From the NCBI GenBank assembly GCA_963924565.1, contig OZ004608.1:10416001-10480000 (forward strand): a stretch of 64,000 bases of DNA. Reading direction: 5' to 3'. Source of the DNA: Ascidiella aspersa. Taxonomy: Eukaryota. Both the position numbers and the translations under genes were made by a program. The notes below the pieces were generated by a model that had not been told where the DNA came from, did not search any database, and worked only from the letters and a program-made list of their open reading frames with translations. Positions 60,076 through 64,000 of this stretch are shown one piece after another (the first letter of the stretch is position 1; the number at the start of each line of letters is the position of its first letter).

Positions 60076-62697
60076 TTAGGCGTAGTAGAGAGAAGCGTAA
60101 AGCGCACGGGCGTAACGTTCCGCAGTGATCGGCTGCCCATGTCCAATTACATCCAGCACCGTTTCCATGTTTTTGTTTGTCTCTGACTCTCTTAGTAAAA
60201 CGTCTCGATCTAGGACCGTGTCGCCATCGGGATGACAAAAATATGTTCTTCGTTCGAGTGATCTCAGCTCGGGGCTGCTCGGATTTGCGACATGGTAAAC
60301 CTAAAAACAGTTGAGGCGACAATAAATTTACAAAAAACAGCTTCAGGTGAACGTGTCTCGCTATAATCAAGTTAACTCTTTTTAATTGCGTTTTTAAGAC
60401 AAAGATTTTGCTTTTCCAGAGCGTTATGGTATTTTTATTATTGACGGATCTAACTTATTAAAACTGTATTTATACTTAAATTTACTTTTTATGACGTCAT
60501 GTTTAAATGTAGCTTGCTTAACGTTGTGACGTCATCTTATGACGTAACTTTGTGATGTAATCTTCGAACAAAATATCATGTCAAACCCAAAACAAAAATC
60601 CTTGATCAGCGCCTGCTATTAATGCACAATGTCCTTCCGTCTTCTGATACATACTGCTTTTCATGATTAAATCAAAAAACTAAAACAACTTATCGTCGAT
60701 TTTAAAAGTCGAGAATCGATGCTATTAAAAACTTAACTCAAGATATGTTTAAAAAACAAAATAACTTATAGGTGTGAACAATTTTGTTACAAGAAAAAGT
60801 AAAGAGGCTTTGAAAAATGTAGCTTGCTTTTGCAGTGGATTTGAGTTTTCCCTTTGAAATGTACTGCAGCATGTCGCAGGCGATCAATACGCAGTCGATG
60901 TCCTGCGAATCAGTGTCAACGTCTTTCCAATCATTTGTTTTGACCTGAATCAAACAAGTGTGCTACAGATTTAAGGGTTTAGAAAAAACAGTACTGCTAA
61001 GCTGATCTCAGTCGAATACTAATTGCTGTGCAAAGAACCGCTAAAAGTGAATAAATAGAAAATAAAAGGATTGCTGTGTTTATCTTTGGACAACACGCAA
61101 GTAAGATTAATCACATCAGTAGTGCTTAAGGTAAAACTAGCAGACCCACTGGGTAATTGGTAATTTGCCACCTTAATGTTAAAGCCTGTAAAATAATTAA
61201 AAAATACTTTCAACAATTTTATATTTTTAAAAACTTGTTCCTTTAGCTTGCTTATCATCATACGCATTGCACTTAGAAGAGTTCCAACCGGAATTGAACA
61301 AATTAATTCTAACATATCCTCAACCTGCAAGCCGCCTACGCGTTCGTCCGGGAACAAGAACGACATTAGGCCAAAGTCTGTGTGCTTTCCGCATCGCAGA
61401 TCGTCCTTCGAAGTATCATCCTGGGTTCCGGGGAGCGAATGCATCGGATGTTAGACAAGCTATTGCCGTCCGTCATTTGCTTGAATAGCATTTGAAGGTC
61501 CTTAAGCTCCGGTAGGACAAGGGCTTTTGAGCCCGTGGATCTTTTGGGGGCAAATGGACTAGTTTTACGGAGTCCATGAATGCCTAATTAAAGGCCTACC
61601 TATAGTTTTAATATGAAAATTATGATGAATTTCTTTAACCTTGGAGTTCTATAGAAAAAAACGCATCTCAGATTCCTTTTTCCTGATAGTGTTTATAATT
61701 TTGCATTTTTTGACCAGCAAAAATAAGATTTCGGGATTATTTTGATTTAATGACGTTACTGAGTGACGCTATGCAAGACCAGACTTAAATTTAAAGCTTG
61801 ACAGGCCTGCTTTAAAGCAAGCTTTGTTTGAAACGGTAAGCAAACTATCCTACCTCAAGGTTTTTGAACGTCCTTCGATAATCCGCAAAGCTAAACTTTT
61901 GCTGCAGTCCTTCATGAAATGGATGGCGACTTCGGAAAGTTTGGGAGCACACTGGTTCGGCCACTTAGTGTCTTCATCCGTGATGGCTCTCGCAAGGAAT
62001 TTTATAGATTCTCTTCGATCCCCAGTCAATTTTGTTGGATCGAATCTCAATCATAAAATCTCGACTTTCTCACCATTTTACAAGGCAATTTGGCATTTTA
62101 AGGGGTAGTTCAACAATTTTTTTCTAATTCCGGCACCTTTAATTCCGGTGTATGAACTCATACATTTTGTCACTGTTTTTCTTAGACGCGTTTTACTAAG
62201 TTTTACTTAAACCTAACATACTTAACAAACAGCTCTCCTGGCAATATATCGGCGCATCGTTCTAAATGCAAATAAATAATGTAAGATGGTGCAACCAGTG
62301 GTTTTCGCGCTATGCTTTATGATGTTTGCGTGAGCTCTCGTCGTTATTTAAAATCGTGTGTAAAATGACATTTACCCCAATTAAGTCGACCCACATAGCA
62401 CATCGAAATGTTGAGACCCAAATATGACAGAAAAGTTATTTTGATTGCACGACATTCCTTGTCTGAAGTTTAGGTAACTTGAGTATTAAATTGCTATTCT
62501 AACAGACAATTGTACTTTTCCCAACTGGTAAAAGTAAAGCAAAAAACACAGAGTAGGGCATCCGTGCAGCTTACCGTTCCTTGTCAATTGAATCATAACC
62601 GAAGATACTATTTGCATAAAAGTCAAACTCCATTTTTTCTTGAAGAGGTCTTTTAAAAAACTTGCTCGCTTCATTCTTTAACTCTTCAATTCTAGAC
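60076..62697 (-). pseudogene. 2-oxoglutarate/Fe(II) dioxygenase (IPNS/DIOX-like) pseudogene
   Basis: Exon remnants 62697-62575 (EASKFFKRPLQEKMEF..FGY..E), ~62045-61854 (DRRES..KWP), ~61515-61325 (CGKHTDFGLMSFLFPDERVGGLQ; HxD; frameshift before HSLP), 60944-~60834 (W.DV..CDMLQYISKGKLKST, non-GT donor), 60300-60076 (VYHV instead of VHRV). 5' exons not found. Confidence 0.8.
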
Positions 62698-63009
62698 CTT
62701 CAAAGTACAAAATAGTGGACTCAAATTGTATTCAGTGGCCCGCCGGTATGTGTTTTAAAACATGCCTTTAATAAATCTAGCTTTTTTAAATTGGTCTGTG
62801 GTCCATTAAAAACGTTTCCATGGCCCAACAGTGAGCCATGGCCCACTGGTTGAGAACCGCTGGCGTTTAAGCTAAACGCCAAAAAGTCAAATACGCACAT
62901 CATTTGACCAAAAATCCTTTAAATGGGCTATAACAATAACATGCGCGAAAATGAAACAGTATTCACATGCACGATTGTTGGTATTTCCTATGTTATATAA
63001 TTATTTACT

Positions 63010-63201
63010 ATGTTATATAATTCTGCCATGCATACAACAGTAGAGGCTTCGTTCACCAGGGTTGCCGCCAAAATGACCGCAACCACCAAACCTGACCGGC
63101 CTATTGCTTTAGACGAGCTACACAAGTTCGAATCAGATTTTTATACTTTTTACAACAAACAAGTTAAAAGAAATTCTGATGGGAAATATGAATATGCGTA
63201 G
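63010..63201 (+). pseudogene. 3' fragment of a fourth cofilin-like paralog
   Basis: MLYNSA...TKPDRPIALDELHKFESDFYTFYNKQVKRNSDGKYEYA* aligns to the second half of exon 2 of genes 2/3; no acceptor or 5' part; preceded by duplicated CTATGTTATATAATT. Confidence 0.8.
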
Positions 63202-63841
63202 TATAGGACTGCACCGCCTTTCATTAAGTTATATCTTAAATCTACCAAGTAGCTGTTATATAGAAGTCACTGCATGCTGTATATAAAACAGAAAGTATAA
63301 ATAAATTAGCAAAATATTAAAATTGCTTATTGTTTTTAAGGAAACTGTGAACAGGTGTGAGTTTTGTGGAAAATATAAAAAATAGCTACCAAACAATCAC
63401 AAAACAAATATAAAAAATAGCTACCGAACAATAAATATAAAATAGCTACCAAAGAATGACAAAACTATATACCCAACAGTCTTTTTTTTTCATTGCCAAC
63501 AGAATTCACAAAAACGATGATCGCCTTTTATTACACGCGACTTCAATAAACATATTAAATCCAGCTTCCTAAACAGCGACTAAAAATAACTTTTTTAGGA
63601 ATAAAAATATATAGGTCTATAAACATTTTTTAAACAAGGCTAAAAGAGTAAAAATAACTTGCAAAGTGAACAAGTGATATGCAGAAGTGCACAGACATCT
63701 AGAAATCGCGTGTCAGCTTTCGAATTAATTTACGTTTACCGGCTGATGAATGGGCCAACGCTGTCAGAGTAAAGATTACAGACGTTTATTTTTATGCCTT
63801 CAGCGCTAAAACTAGGAAGCAATCGTGTCGGGCCTCCAGAT

Positions 63842-63925
63842 TCAGTTGGCGTGTGTGTTGTCGGAGGCAGCGTCGTCGCCGTCCAACGCTTGCAGAGCTT
63901 GCCGAGTGAAAATCGATCGCACATC
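63842..63925 (-). CDS. Possible terminal coding exon of a gene extending beyond the window
   Basis: Polypyrimidine tract plus AAG acceptor, GC-rich frame DVRSIFTRQALQALDGDDAASDNTHAN*, then AATAAA on the minus strand (~63785). Product not recognised. Confidence 0.3.
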   Translation of the reverse strand, partial: DVRSIFTRQALQALDGDDAASDNTHAN

Positions 63926-64000
63926 CTTAAAAGTAAAAAAAATGAAAGCAAAGTTTTAAACAGAAAGCATTCAAACCAGGGCCGGATCATGCCTTTGGTG

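Larger units (their letters stand above)
53010..60315. repeat. Tandem segmental duplication (copy A ~53010-56195, copy B ~56265-60315)
   Basis: Collinear high identity from AAAAATATTGACGAACGA through the cofilin-like gene to CCTAAAAACAGTTGAG; copy B has extra insertions. Confidence 0.92.

Noticed and set aside
4105-63760. Other CTGATGA occurrences (about 4109, 55939, 58868 rc, 63743) as hammerheads
   Set aside because: None is followed by a stem II plus GAAA and a cleavage triplet.

Overview
AT-rich, intron-rich animal genomic DNA from a compact invertebrate genome (ascidian-like by impression only). I assembled genes by hand, exon by exon, checking splice phases. (1) A 9-exon FAXC/failed-axon-connections-like GST-fold gene on the minus strand, with an acidic tail. 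(2) RPL6, head-to-head with it, with a TCT/TOP start and a GC-AG intron; its introns host two copies of a SNORD49-like box C/D snoRNA, a third C/D snoRNA with an 18S guide, and a possible H/ACA RNA. (3) A complete 21-exon Eph receptor tyrosine kinase of about 1168 aa that lacks the SAM domain and one juxtamembrane tyrosine. (4) A cluster of three divergent ADF/cofilin-like genes plus a fragment, interleaved with a decayed convergent 2OG-Fe(II) dioxygenase in a recent tandem duplication. Mobile DNA is abundant: hAT-type MITEs with 8-bp TSDs, a foldback element with a 9-bp TSD, and palindromic MITEs. The most striking element is a ~680-bp near-perfect palindrome formed by a 5'-truncated, inverted Penelope-like retroelement carrying a hammerhead ribozyme motif on each strand.
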